Shown: positions 1 to 7,680 of the stretch, piece after piece
How positions within the stretch are numbered: the stretch's first letter is position 1
Layout of the letters: the number at the start of each line of letters is the position of its first letter
IMG/VR virus record: IMGVR_UViG_3300050016_000060
Span: 1 to 59,104 of that record
Reading direction: 5' to 3' (one strand)
Length of the DNA: 59,104 nucleotides
From: a virus
Taxonomy: Duplodnaviria; Caudoviricetes
Translations under genes and position numbers: made by a program
Notes under the pieces: generated by a model
What the model saw: only the letters and a program-made list of their open reading frames with translations
What the model was told of the DNA's origin: nothing
Databases searched by the model: none

Positions 1-156
1 GTGGGGGATTCCGTGAGGGCTTCCGTGGGGGATTCCGTGAGGGATTCCGTGTGGGCTTCCGTGAGGGATTCCGTGGGGGCTTCCGTGAGGGCTTCCGTGG
101 GGGCTTCCGTGTGGGCTTCCGTGGGGGATTCCGTGAGGGCTTCCGTGGGGGATTCC
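1..156 (+). repeat. 12-bp coding tandem repeat (GTG-NGG-GMT-TCC)x13
   Basis: Direct reading; encodes the VxxS repeats. Confidence 0.9.
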
Positions 157-762
157 GGTTACGGCCAGCATGACGCTAATTGGTTAGCTTTTTATCAATA
201 CTTCCGCGAAGTTACTGATTTGAAAACCGAGACGGATAAAATCTCCGCATTGACCGATCTTGCTATGCACGCTGGCTGGTGGTTGCCGCATGAAAAAATC
301 TGTTGGGTGTCGGAGCGTCACAATATCTTGCGACGAGACGAATCAGGACGGTTGCATGACGTATCCGGTCCTGCGGTTGCTTATCCTGACGGCTGGGCTA
401 TCTATGCAGTTCATGGCGTTCGTGTGCCAGCATGGATCGTCGAAGAAAAGCACACGATCACCGTAGAGAAAGTTGACGCTGAACAGAACACAGAAATTCG
501 CCGCGTGATGATCGACTTCATGGGCTGGCCACGTTACATCAAAGACGCCGGACTCTCGCCAGTCGATGAACGAGAAAACGCCGTTGATGGCACGCTTGAG
601 GCGTTATTCCGGTGCAAAGATGGATCACAAGTTTTGGCGGTGACGTGTCCTACTGGTAGGCCGTTCGTGCTGGGCGTTCCAGCCGAGGTCAGGAGTTGCG
701 AGCAAGCACAGAAATGGCTTGGCCCGCAAGACATGAAGGTGAACATAATCGCTTCTTCGTGA
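1..762 (+). CDS. DUF6745-like phage protein, 5' partial, with N-terminal tetrapeptide repeats
   Basis: (V-G/R/W-D/A-S)n repeats, then YGQHDANWLAFY, GWWLP..ICWVSER, GRLH...GPAVAYPDGW..YAVHGV, NTEIRRVM typical of this family. Confidence 0.75.
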   Translation: MGDSVRASVGDSVRDSVWASVRDSVGASVRASVGASVWASVGDSVRASVGDSGYGQHDANWLAFYQYFREVTDLKTETDKISALTDLAMHAGWWLPHEKICWVSERHNILRRDESGRLHDVSGPAVAYPDGWAIYAVHGVRVPAWIVEEKHTITVEKVDAEQNTEIRRVMIDFMGWPRYIKDAGLSPVDERENAVDGTLEALFRCKDGSQVLAVTCPTGRPFVLGVPAEVRSCEQAQKWLGPQDMKVNIIASS

Positions 763-774
763 AAGGATTGAACC

Positions 775-1230
775 ATGCAAACTGCAATCGAGAAGATCGT
801 GAATCATGCGGCCAAGATCAAAGCCGGAGAAATCGAGCAAGTCAAGCCTGGAATGCCAATCGCGTTTACCGATGCGTGCGTTGCGGGAGATACAATTCGC
901 CAAGGCGACTTGTACCTCGTCATAGTCGCCGACGTGCCGAAAGGCTACGCGGAAGTGACGAAGCCGACGAAGGCCGACCGGCAACTTGTGCCGGGCAATA
1001 CGGAAGGATCACGGCATTGCCTCGATTCGCTCGCTGGCGTGAAGATGTACCGACCCGCGAAGTGGGATGAGGAATCGTTGGATGGTCCGTGCCTTGTGCT
1101 GACGAAGGCGCGCAAGGTGCTGCATCCGACGCATGGAACGGCCCTCTTGCCTGCGGGGTTCACGGTGGTCTGCAAATATCAGCGCGAGTTCAACAAAGAG
1201 CAACAGAAGGCGTTGCGTGCGCGTGATTGA
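775..1230 (+). CDS. Conserved phage hypothetical protein (RQGD...GxxxGSRH...HPTH type), usual neighbour of DUF6745 genes
   Basis: 151 aa ORF, RBS AAGGA, motifs IRQGDL, GNTEGSRH, LHPTHG..LPAG. Confidence 0.75.
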   Translation: MQTAIEKIVNHAAKIKAGEIEQVKPGMPIAFTDACVAGDTIRQGDLYLVIVADVPKGYAEVTKPTKADRQLVPGNTEGSRHCLDSLAGVKMYRPAKWDEESLDGPCLVLTKARKVLHPTHGTALLPAGFTVVCKYQREFNKEQQKALRARD

Positions 1231-1256
1231 ACCAATCCGCTTTGTGGCGGACTGTC

Positions 1257-1290
1257 CCCGCAACCGGCTAATCCAGGGTTGCGGGGCTTA
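1257..1290 (+). terminator. GC-rich hairpin, possible weak terminator
   Basis: CCCCGCAACC...GGTTGCGGGG 10-bp stem after a stop codon; poor U-tract. Confidence 0.35.
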
Positions 1291-1306
1291 AATCAAGGGG
1301 TGCGGC

Positions 1307-1465
1307 ATGAAACTACGGACGCATGTTCGCTGCGAAGAAATCCGCGATCTATGCCGCGAAGTCGATAGCATCATCGACAAGATCAAGGACAAGTTGAGCG
1401 ACCTTGCAAAGCACGCGGAAGATCAAGAGGAAGAGGAAGATCAAGAGGAAGAGCGTTGTCCATGA
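1307..1465 (+). CDS. Small acidic coiled-coil hypothetical protein (52 aa)
   Basis: Translated by hand: MKLRTHVRCEEIRDLCREVDSIIDKIKDKLSDLAKHAEDQEEEEDQEEERCP; RBS AAGGGG. Confidence 0.55.
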   Translation: MKLRTHVRCEEIRDLCREVDSIIDKIKDKLSDLAKHAEDQEEEEDQEEERCP

Positions 1466-1559
1466 TGGCGAATCGCCCGATCATCGTTTCGTGGCAATGG
1501 AGCATGAGGTAGTGGCCGATATTTGGGGAGCCGATTATAGTTGGCGGGGAGGCAGGCGA

Positions 1560-1787
1560 ATGAATGCACCCAACGGCTATCGGTTCCTAGTCCAGTTCCC
1601 CGACCTGCTCACGGAGCCGGAAGCATGGGATCAGCTTTGGAGAATGTTCGGAATGCAAGCCGTGGCCGTTGCTAGGATAATCGCTGGCTCTGAGAAGGCC
1701 GCTATCAATGGCAACAGCACGTTGATATTCAGCAGCCAGCGGAGCGGTTGGACGGTTTACGTGCCCGTGGATTGGAGAGTATCGTGA
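1560..1787 (+). CDS. Hypothetical protein
   Basis: GGAGG upstream of ATG 1560; GTGA overlap with next gene. Confidence 0.55.
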   Translation: MNAPNGYRFLVQFPDLLTEPEAWDQLWRMFGMQAVAVARIIAGSEKAAINGNSTLIFSSQRSGWTVYVPVDWRVS

Positions 1788-2191
1788 AGGTTGTCAATCA
1801 CGCTCTGAGACGCGAGTTTGCTTTGCCAGGAAGATGCGAATGGTGCAATAAGCTCTGCCGTAAGCGGGAAGGCGCTCATTTGTGGGGCCGTGGTGCAGGT
1901 GCGAGCGATCTACGGTGCAACATGGTTTCGCTTGGATCAACGCCAATGATGATCTGCCCGTGCCATGCCCTTTCGCACTCCAAGGGGATGCCGTCGAGAA
2001 CGGAGCTGCTTGGAGTAGTTGCCAAGCGGGAAGGCTACGACGCGACAACGATAGCCGACGTAGTGAACTTCGTGCGATACACGCTTGATCGGGATGATTC
2101 ACCGGAGAGGATTGCGGAGAAGATCGTGGGGCTGTTGCCGAGTGCAAGGGAATTGGCTGAGCGCGAGCTTAGAGAGGCTGGTAAGCTATGA
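1784..2191 (+). CDS. HNH-like / Zn-binding putative nuclease
   Basis: CEWC...AHLWGRGAG..D...N...L...CPCH..SH pattern. Confidence 0.55.
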   Translation: MKVVNHALRREFALPGRCEWCNKLCRKREGAHLWGRGAGASDLRCNMVSLGSTPMMICPCHALSHSKGMPSRTELLGVVAKREGYDATTIADVVNFVRYTLDRDDSPERIAEKIVGLLPSARELAERELREAGKL

Positions 2192-2352
2192 GCGACGATG
2201 ACGAATGGGACGATGACGACCCGGAGTTCGATGATGACGATGATCCGATCTTCGATGATGACGATGAATGTCCTGAATGCGAAGGAACCGGGGAGAGTTG
2301 GGATGGACTTTGCGAATGCCACATTTGCGGCGGAACGGGGGTAATCGAATGA
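2188..2352 (+). pseudogene. Acidic protein with DnaJ-type CxxCxGxG zinc finger split by a 1-nt frameshift
   Basis: MSDDDEW...CPECEGTG in one frame; ESWDGLCECHICGGTGVIE* in the -1 frame, ending in ATGA overlap with the next gene. Confidence 0.45.
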
Positions 2353-2744
2353 GTCGCTTCGGCAAGATTTCTCCGAACACGGAACGGCAGATACGAAAAC
2401 TCTGCGGCGGGGTTATCGTCGGCCCGTCTCCGAAGCGGCACAAGTACGGGGCCGTGAGAACTACGGTTGGCAACATGACTTTCGATTCCAAGAAGGAAGC
2501 GAAGAGATACGGCGAATTGTGCCTGTTGGAGTCGGCTGGCAAGATCAAATGCCTGACGTGCCAACCGGAGTATCGGCTAGTCGTGAACGGCATCAATGTG
2601 TGTTCCTACCGAGCCGACTTCAAGTACCTTCATGGCGGCTCCGAATGGATCGTCGAGGATGTGAAGGGCGTGCGGACGCCGGCCTATTTGATTAAGCGAA
2701 AGCTCATGCTGGCGGTGCATGGCATTACGATCAGGGAAATTTAA
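2349..2744 (+). CDS. DUF1064 family PD-(D/E)xK endonuclease
   Basis: KYGA...FDSKKEAKRY..L...G.I..L..QP.Y...YRADF.Y...VEDVKG..T..Y..KRKL. Confidence 0.85.
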   Translation: MSRFGKISPNTERQIRKLCGGVIVGPSPKRHKYGAVRTTVGNMTFDSKKEAKRYGELCLLESAGKIKCLTCQPEYRLVVNGINVCSYRADFKYLHGGSEWIVEDVKGVRTPAYLIKRKLMLAVHGITIREI

Positions 2745-2750
2745 CCGGAG

Positions 2751-2936
2751 TTGATCTTGACGATACATAGCGACAAGAATAAGCTACTGGCAGCGGTGGA
2801 AATGGGCAGACGCGGTGGGCTTGCCCGTGCCAAGAAGTTGACGAAAAAGCGGCGGCGTGAAATCGCTCGCAACGCGGTCAATGCACGGTGGGCTAAGACG
2901 AAAGGGAAGAAGTCATGCCAAGGGAAGGCGAGATAA
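2751..2936 (+). CDS. Small basic protein (GRRGGLARA...RREIARNA..ARW type)
   Basis: ORF with GGAG RBS; motif common in small DNA-binding proteins of mobile elements; start uncertain. Confidence 0.6.
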   Translation: MILTIHSDKNKLLAAVEMGRRGGLARAKKLTKKRRREIARNAVNARWAKTKGKKSCQGKAR

Positions 2937-3130
2937 TCAAAACCCGCTGGCTCGTCCACGGCGGCACGGCGCATGTTCTCTACGAGACGGAGGAAGGCCA
3001 TAGCAAGACGCTGTGCGGCAAGCTGCTACGCGGGGGAGAGATCAAGCTGGCGACGGTGAAGGCGACGCAGGGAAAATGTCGGGCGTGTATCGAACGGGTT
3101 AGGGTGAGAAATCGCGTCATTCACGACTGA
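2915..3130 (+). CDS. Hypothetical protein, H/C Zn-binding pattern
   Basis: TAH...TLCG...C.AC. Confidence 0.55.
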   Translation: MPREGEIIKTRWLVHGGTAHVLYETEEGHSKTLCGKLLRGGEIKLATVKATQGKCRACIERVRVRNRVIHD

Positions 3131-3143
3131 AAGGACGGTGAGC

Positions 3144-3371
3144 ATGGCAACACGGATTATCTGCCGAGAGGATGGTAAAACGTGCTTTGACAGCCAATCG
3201 CAGGTTGCCAAAGAAGCGAACCGTCTTAGTGCCATGTACGGCAAATATCTCAAGTATTACTTTTGCCACTTGTGCAAGTCGTGGCATCTTACATCAACCA
3301 AGAGCGCCAAACAACTGGCCAGAGAACGCAAGAAAGCGGAGGGCAATCCATGTACTGCATCCAACGAGTAA
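3144..3371 (+). CDS. Hypothetical Zn-binding protein
   Basis: C...K..F.S...A...Y.C..C..WHLTS, common phage family. Confidence 0.6.
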   Translation: MATRIICREDGKTCFDSQSQVAKEANRLSAMYGKYLKYYFCHLCKSWHLTSTKSAKQLARERKKAEGNPCTASNE

Positions 3372-3541
3372 GCGACGGCTTCCGCCTCCTACCCACCCAG
3401 GACGGCGATACAGGGGCGTTTCTCTGCTGGCCAACGCTGGAACAAGCGGAAGCTGGCTTCAAGTTTCAACAGGAAAACTACGACATCGGCAGCGATCCCG
3501 ATGAGGAATGGGAGATTGTGGACATCATGGAAGCGAAGTGA
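3350..3541 (+). CDS. Hypothetical protein
   Basis: GGAGG RBS before ATG 3350; 63 aa. Confidence 0.55.
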   Translation: MYCIQRVSDGFRLLPTQDGDTGAFLCWPTLEQAEAGFKFQQENYDIGSDPDEEWEIVDIMEAK

Positions 3542-3579
3542 CGCGGCCAAGAAACGCGACGAATTGAAAGGGGCAGGCT

Positions 3580-3762
3580 ATGAAAAAGCAACTTAGCCGA
3601 CAACGGCGCTGGCAGATTGCGCAGCGGAAAGCGGGACGATGCGAACGCTGCGGGGAGCCACGAAGCGAACGGAGCGGCATTCATTGCGACGAATGCTTGG
3701 ATAAACGAGCGGCGGAAGAAAAAAATAAAACCCGCCTTGACACACTTGCGGCTTGTGGGTAA
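3580..3762 (+). CDS. Small Zn-finger protein
   Basis: GRCERCG...HCDEC. Confidence 0.55.
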   Translation: MKKQLSRQRRWQIAQRKAGRCERCGEPRSERSGIHCDECLDKRAAEEKNKTRLDTLAACG

Positions 3763-3765
3763 TCT
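3737..3765 (+). promoter_or_regulatory. Sigma70-type promoter upstream of non-coding element copy 1
   Basis: TTGACA-17 bp-TAATCT. Confidence 0.65.
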
Positions 3766-3886
3766 ACCGGAGTGAAATGAAAGCGGGGCGGCGGATTCTT
3801 TCGACAAGATGACCGCTCGCCCCTAAAAGCGTACCGACGAATCCATTCTATACGAATCACGTCGGAACGCAATTCCATTCCACGAC

Positions 3887-4155
3887 ATAGCCCCAGGATG
3901 GGCAAAGCCGCAAAACGTCGAAGGAAGCGGCAAGGGCCGTCAGCCGTGGTCTAGGCCCAAAGATTCGACCTCACTGCTTTTGATTCGCCCCGGTGCATCG
4001 GGTAAGGCTCAATACGGCCCGATCATCGACAGGACGTGACGGAGGAATCGTGGCAACGTCCCTAAAAAACCAGACCATGACAATCGGAACCGACTCACCC
4101 GCGAGGAATTTCCTGCATTGGCTCCCGCTGCGGCGGGGTCAATGCGCCCCGATCT
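3887..4155 (+). ncRNA. Candidate structured non-coding RNA, copy 1 (homologous to 44818-45110, - strand)
   Basis: Identical 44-nt and 26-nt blocks plus several 11-13 nt blocks shared with copy 2; compensatory changes in stems. Confidence 0.65.
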
Positions 4156-4206
4156 ACGCCGCTCAGAATCGGTGGGAGCGGTGTCTTTAACCCAAGGAGT
4201 AGAACG

Positions 4207-4488
4207 ATGACGCCAGAAGAACGAGCGCTATTGATACTTCCTCTTTGTACTGGCATGGACCTAGGCACAAAAGAGGAAGCTGATTATCACAGGAACGAAA
4301 TCGCCGCCGCCATTCGCCATGCCGTCCTTGCCGAGCGGGAAGCGTGTGCGCAGATAGCGGACCAGTGCGGTGATTACGTTGCCCGCGACAACATTCTGAC
4401 GAGGACGGTGAACTCAGAGAGTTCGTTGGAACTGTCGTCGGCCTTGTTCCAGAGGCCGCAACATGCAACATCCGGGTCGCCTATGTGA
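4207..4488 (+). CDS. Hypothetical phage protein
   Basis: AAGGAG RBS; AVLAEREACAQIAD motif frequent in phage proteins. Confidence 0.65.
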   Translation: MTPEERALLILPLCTGMDLGTKEEADYHRNEIAAAIRHAVLAEREACAQIADQCGDYVARDNILTRTVNSESSLELSSALFQRPQHATSGSPM

Positions 4489-4676
4489 CCGTGTACGAGA
4501 AAATCCCGTTCCTTGCGCAGCATCAATTCTTCGGTCCCGCCCAGGGGATTCTGCTCGTTTCGCATGACGGTGGGCAAGTCCCTGTCAAGGTTGACGTGGA
4601 ATATGGAGCATGTGCCGATTTTGAGTTGATCGTCGGAATTAAGATTCCTTGCTTTGTGGAAGGCAAGCCAATCGAA

Positions 4677-5022
4677 GGCAATAACATACTTGGGCAATCA
4701 CATACTTGACGCATCAGGAGAAAAAATGGCAAAAGCAAAACTTGGTGGCGCGGAAGTGACCTGCGATAAATTCGTGAAAGCACTCATTGATCGGCTGCTC
4801 GGTAACGAAAAACGCATCGAGCTGCTGACCACGGAAATAAACGACTTGCGCGACCAAATGGCGGAACAAGCTGCGTGGCTCGTTGCCGGCAAAGGTTTGA
4901 GGTTCAGCAATGTTCTTGACGCTGACAGCGATCTCCCAAATTCACACACGGTATTCGTCCCTATCGAGCTATGCAAGTTTGGTGGGGAAACCGAATCCTG
5001 ATGCGTCAAGTATGTGATTGCC
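4677..5022. mobile_element. Non-autonomous IS1595-like mini-cassette carrying one gene
   Basis: Perfect 30-bp inverted repeat 4690-4719 / 4996-5025; extra partial TIR at 4677-4692; flanks CAATCGAA / CAATGAAG (degenerate target duplication). Confidence 0.8.
4726..5001 (+). CDS. Hypothetical cassette cargo protein (91 aa)
   Basis: AGGAG RBS overlaps left inverted repeat; TGA stop lies in right TIR. Confidence 0.7.
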   Translation: MAKAKLGGAEVTCDKFVKALIDRLLGNEKRIELLTTEINDLRDQMAEQAAWLVAGKGLRFSNVLDADSDLPNSHTVFVPIELCKFGGETES

Positions 5023-5161
5023 CAATGAAGGCATCCTGCGCAGCGGCAGATCGGATCGCCAAGGAGCTATCCAAGACTCTTATAAAAGACGTTTGGGATC
5101 GACTGCCGATTGCAATAGCGTTACGGCAAGCGGCCATGAACAAGCCACGAAAGGCGAAGAA

Positions 5162-5371
5162 GTGACCTACATCCTGCTGCTTTTCCTACTCCTGCCGCAA
5201 TCGCAAGCCACGACGTTCGGCTCTGCGGTGCGGTACGAGTGGCGAGCGCCGGCGTGGGAAGGGTACTACATCCCGTCCGAGCGTGTCGGCGTGGTGAGGG
5301 TTGGCGGGACGTACATCAACGTCGATCTGACGGGGGTTACGAGCAAGTGCCGAGCGACGCTGGTGTCGTGA
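5162..5371 (+). CDS. Small secreted/membrane protein
   Basis: Hydrophobic N-terminus YILLLFLLLP; GTGA overlaps. Confidence 0.5.
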   Translation: MTYILLLFLLLPQSQATTFGSAVRYEWRAPAWEGYYIPSERVGVVRVGGTYINVDLTGVTSKCRATLVS

Positions 5372-5553
5372 ATGTGGCTCACGACTCTTACGATCCGGCT
5401 GGGGACATAATCAACCAGACGTTGCCGGTGCTGTACGCCGAGAAGGTCAAGGCGTGGCAGGTTTGGTCTGACGTTTGCGACAGAGCGGTGGATTCGGTGG
5501 TGGGCGTGCATAAGGCCAAGCCTGTGAAGGAGGATGGCGATGAATCAACCTGA
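5368..5553 (+). CDS. Hypothetical protein
   Basis: ORF in operon with overlapping start/stop. Confidence 0.45.
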   Translation: MNVAHDSYDPAGDIINQTLPVLYAEKVKAWQVWSDVCDRAVDSVVGVHKAKPVKEDGDEST

Positions 5554-5806
5554 AATTATCCAAGCAGTCCAAGACCTCATCAACGCCCCGCCCTACAACG
5601 GCTCGGTGCATGATTGCTACGTGGCGTTCTGTCCGAACGGTAGCATGGGCGGGGCCGAAGTCATGGAAGTGCTAATAGCGGCGCAAGTTACTCCGCGATT
5701 CATGGAGGGCGGTTACGCTAACGCGATCATCGCCAAGATCGGCAGTAATGGCACGCTGTCCGAGGCGGAACTCGATGCGGCCATAGCGAGTAACAAGGAG
5801 GCGTGA
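5540..5806 (+). CDS. Hypothetical protein
   Basis: GGAGG RBS; 88 aa. Confidence 0.6.
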   Translation: MNQPEIIQAVQDLINAPPYNGSVHDCYVAFCPNGSMGGAEVMEVLIAAQVTPRFMEGGYANAIIAKIGSNGTLSEAELDAAIASNKEA

Positions 5807-5985
5807 TGGAGCCTATTTCAATTACAGGATGCGTCGAATGTGAGCCAGACCTTTATATCTTGCCAATTCGGTATGAAGTTCAGTCAACAACCTCACCGCC
5901 TGTTTTAGCCGAGTGGTGGCAATGGCAAAAAGCATCTGGCGGCACAGATACACCGCGATGGGTCCGTGTTATTTCAGTGGGATAA
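5803..5985 (+). CDS. Hypothetical protein
   Basis: AAGGAGG RBS. Confidence 0.5.
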   Translation: MMEPISITGCVECEPDLYILPIRYEVQSTTSPPVLAEWWQWQKASGGTDTPRWVRVISVG

Positions 5986-5988
5986 AAG

Positions 5989-6915
5989 ATGACCGTCCGC
6001 ATCCTCCAACTCTCCGACCTCCACATGGCCGTCACGCCCAACCGCTACGGCCTGCCCGACGTGCTGCAACAGCTGCACGCTGCGCAGGGCGTCGAGCGAC
6101 TGGAACTGTTCGCAAGCCTGATGCGCCGCGACAGCCTGTTGGGGAGCCATTCGCCGGTGTTGGCAACGGCAGTAGAAAAATGGTTCGATGCTAATTCGCA
6201 CGACATTGACGCCATTATCGTCACCGGCGACTTGGCGACAACCGGCGAGATGTCGGACCTTCTCATTGCGAAGAACTGGCTTGATGAACTAGCACCGTTT
6301 ACGCCCGTCGCGGTCATGCCAGGCAACCACGACCGATTTCAAGGCGAATCGACGCTGTACCAACCAGGATGCTCCAACTTCGACACACTGTTCCGGTCGT
6401 GGACTTGCGGCCAGGGCGTCCAGACGTTGTGGAGCGGTGGCGGCGTTACAGTGATCGGAGCGGACCTCTCGCTGCAAGCTGGGGACCAAGGCGACGAGTT
6501 TCTTGTGGGTCATCTGGGACGCGGGCGGGTTCATGAAGAGACCATCGAGGCGCTGCATGAGCAGAGTTGGCCAATCGTACAGCGTGGGGACGTATTACTA
6601 TGGGCGATTCATTTCGAGCCTGGATGCAGCGACGAAACGCTTGCATTGCTCAACGAGGAATTACTGGCCGACGAATTGAAATCCAACGTGGGGCACTATG
6701 ATACGCCAATGCCGTCCGCGATCATCTGCGGACACACGCATCAAGCCAGCCGCGTCAAGCAGTTCGCAGGCGTCCCCGTCCTATGCTGTGGCAGCACTAT
6801 GCAGCGCAGCGAGAACGGCAACTGGCTCAACGTCGTCGAGATTGACGGCGGCAAGGTGACGCTGCGGCCTTTCCGATATAATGAAGGCTCAGGTAGTTTC
6901 GTGGAAGTCCTGTAA
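5989..6915 (+). CDS. Calcineurin-like metallophosphoesterase
   Basis: LSDLH, TGDLA, PGNHD, CGHTH motifs. Confidence 0.9.
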   Translation: MTVRILQLSDLHMAVTPNRYGLPDVLQQLHAAQGVERLELFASLMRRDSLLGSHSPVLATAVEKWFDANSHDIDAIIVTGDLATTGEMSDLLIAKNWLDELAPFTPVAVMPGNHDRFQGESTLYQPGCSNFDTLFRSWTCGQGVQTLWSGGGVTVIGADLSLQAGDQGDEFLVGHLGRGRVHEETIEALHEQSWPIVQRGDVLLWAIHFEPGCSDETLALLNEELLADELKSNVGHYDTPMPSAIICGHTHQASRVKQFAGVPVLCCGSTMQRSENGNWLNVVEIDGGKVTLRPFRYNEGSGSFVEVL

Positions 6916-6936
6916 CCCGTTTCAAAGGAGTTAGAC

Positions 6937-7182
6937 ATGATCGTGAGATTCCTGTTCGTATTGCTGGCGGCGCTCTTGTTTCACTTCGTCAACACCAACG
7001 ATGTCGAGGCGAAGTGCCGCAAGGGCCGCGCCGTCCTGTTCCCGCGCCTGCACCAGTGGATTGCGGAGCATCACCAGCGCGCCGCCGACCATCACGCTTC
7101 GCTAGGTGCGTGTGCCGCGCCAGCCGAGCCAATCCCCGCGCCGGTTGCGCCGCCGACGAAAGCAGATCCGAAGAAGAAGTAA
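6937..7182 (+). CDS. Small exported protein with signal peptide and Pro-rich tail
   Basis: AAGGAG RBS; MIVRFLFVLLAALLFHF...VEA. Confidence 0.65.
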   Translation: MIVRFLFVLLAALLFHFVNTNDVEAKCRKGRAVLFPRLHQWIAEHHQRAADHHASLGACAAPAEPIPAPVAPPTKADPKKK

Positions 7183-7267
7183 ACTACTTCCTACCGAGTA
7201 GACGCTCCGGGACCGGCTCTCTTGTTGAGAGGATACCGGGGCTGTCCTTCACTTCACCAAGGGCGAT

Positions 7268-7522
7268 ATGATGCGCCCGCCGAATTGCCCCGATTTCGCA
7301 TGGGTACGTGCTAGTGAATGCGCTGTCGCTAACGGCATCGGGGACACGTCGCTTTGGAAATGGTCACGTCAAGAACGCACGAAGGTTTTGCTCGCATCTC
7401 TGGACAGTTTACCGCGCGATCAAGCGATGTATGAGGAAGTGACGGCGCTCGTTTACCAGCGCGCCTATGAAGCGGCCCTGGACGTGGCGATACCGTTGTG
7501 GCGGAAACGACGGGAACGGTGA
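7268..7522 (+). CDS. Hypothetical protein
   Basis: 84 aa ORF with AAGGGG RBS. Confidence 0.55.
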   Translation: MMRPPNCPDFAWVRASECAVANGIGDTSLWKWSRQERTKVLLASLDSLPRDQAMYEEVTALVYQRAYEAALDVAIPLWRKRRER

Positions 7523-7644
7523 AATGCTCAATTCCTTAGTTGCTCTCCAAGGTCGCCAGCCGCGCCTTGCCGTTGTCGGATGCTCTTTGGTTCGCGGTCC
7601 CATCGCTTGCCCTCCCGTCCATGCCCGTATTCTGCCGAAATAGG

Positions 7645-7674
7645 TTGCATTTGTCTATCGGAATACCGTAAACT
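7645..7674 (+). promoter_or_regulatory. Promoter for probably leaderless tail-fibre transcript
   Basis: TTGCAT-18-TAAACT, 6 nt before ATG 7681; no SD. Confidence 0.45.
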
Positions 7675-7680
7675 ATCCGC

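Larger units (their letters stand above)
4485..5165 (+). pseudogene. Hypothetical gene apparently split by the 4677-5022 TIR cassette
   Basis: ORF 4485-4709 stops inside the TIR; removing the cassette joins ...EGKP to MKASCAAADR...KAKK (5025-5165) in frame. Confidence 0.4.

Noticed and set aside
1-156. CRISPR or regulatory repeat
   Set aside because: 12-bp period, in frame, encodes VxxS peptide repeats
2757-2785. Promoter TTGACG-17-TAAGCT
   Set aside because: Falls within the likely coding start of the small basic protein; ambiguous
3993-4190. Protein-coding ORF over ncRNA copy 1 (and 44580-44867, 44903-45139 over copy 2)
   Set aside because: Homologous copies do not keep a common frame; conservation is at nucleotide level with compensatory changes
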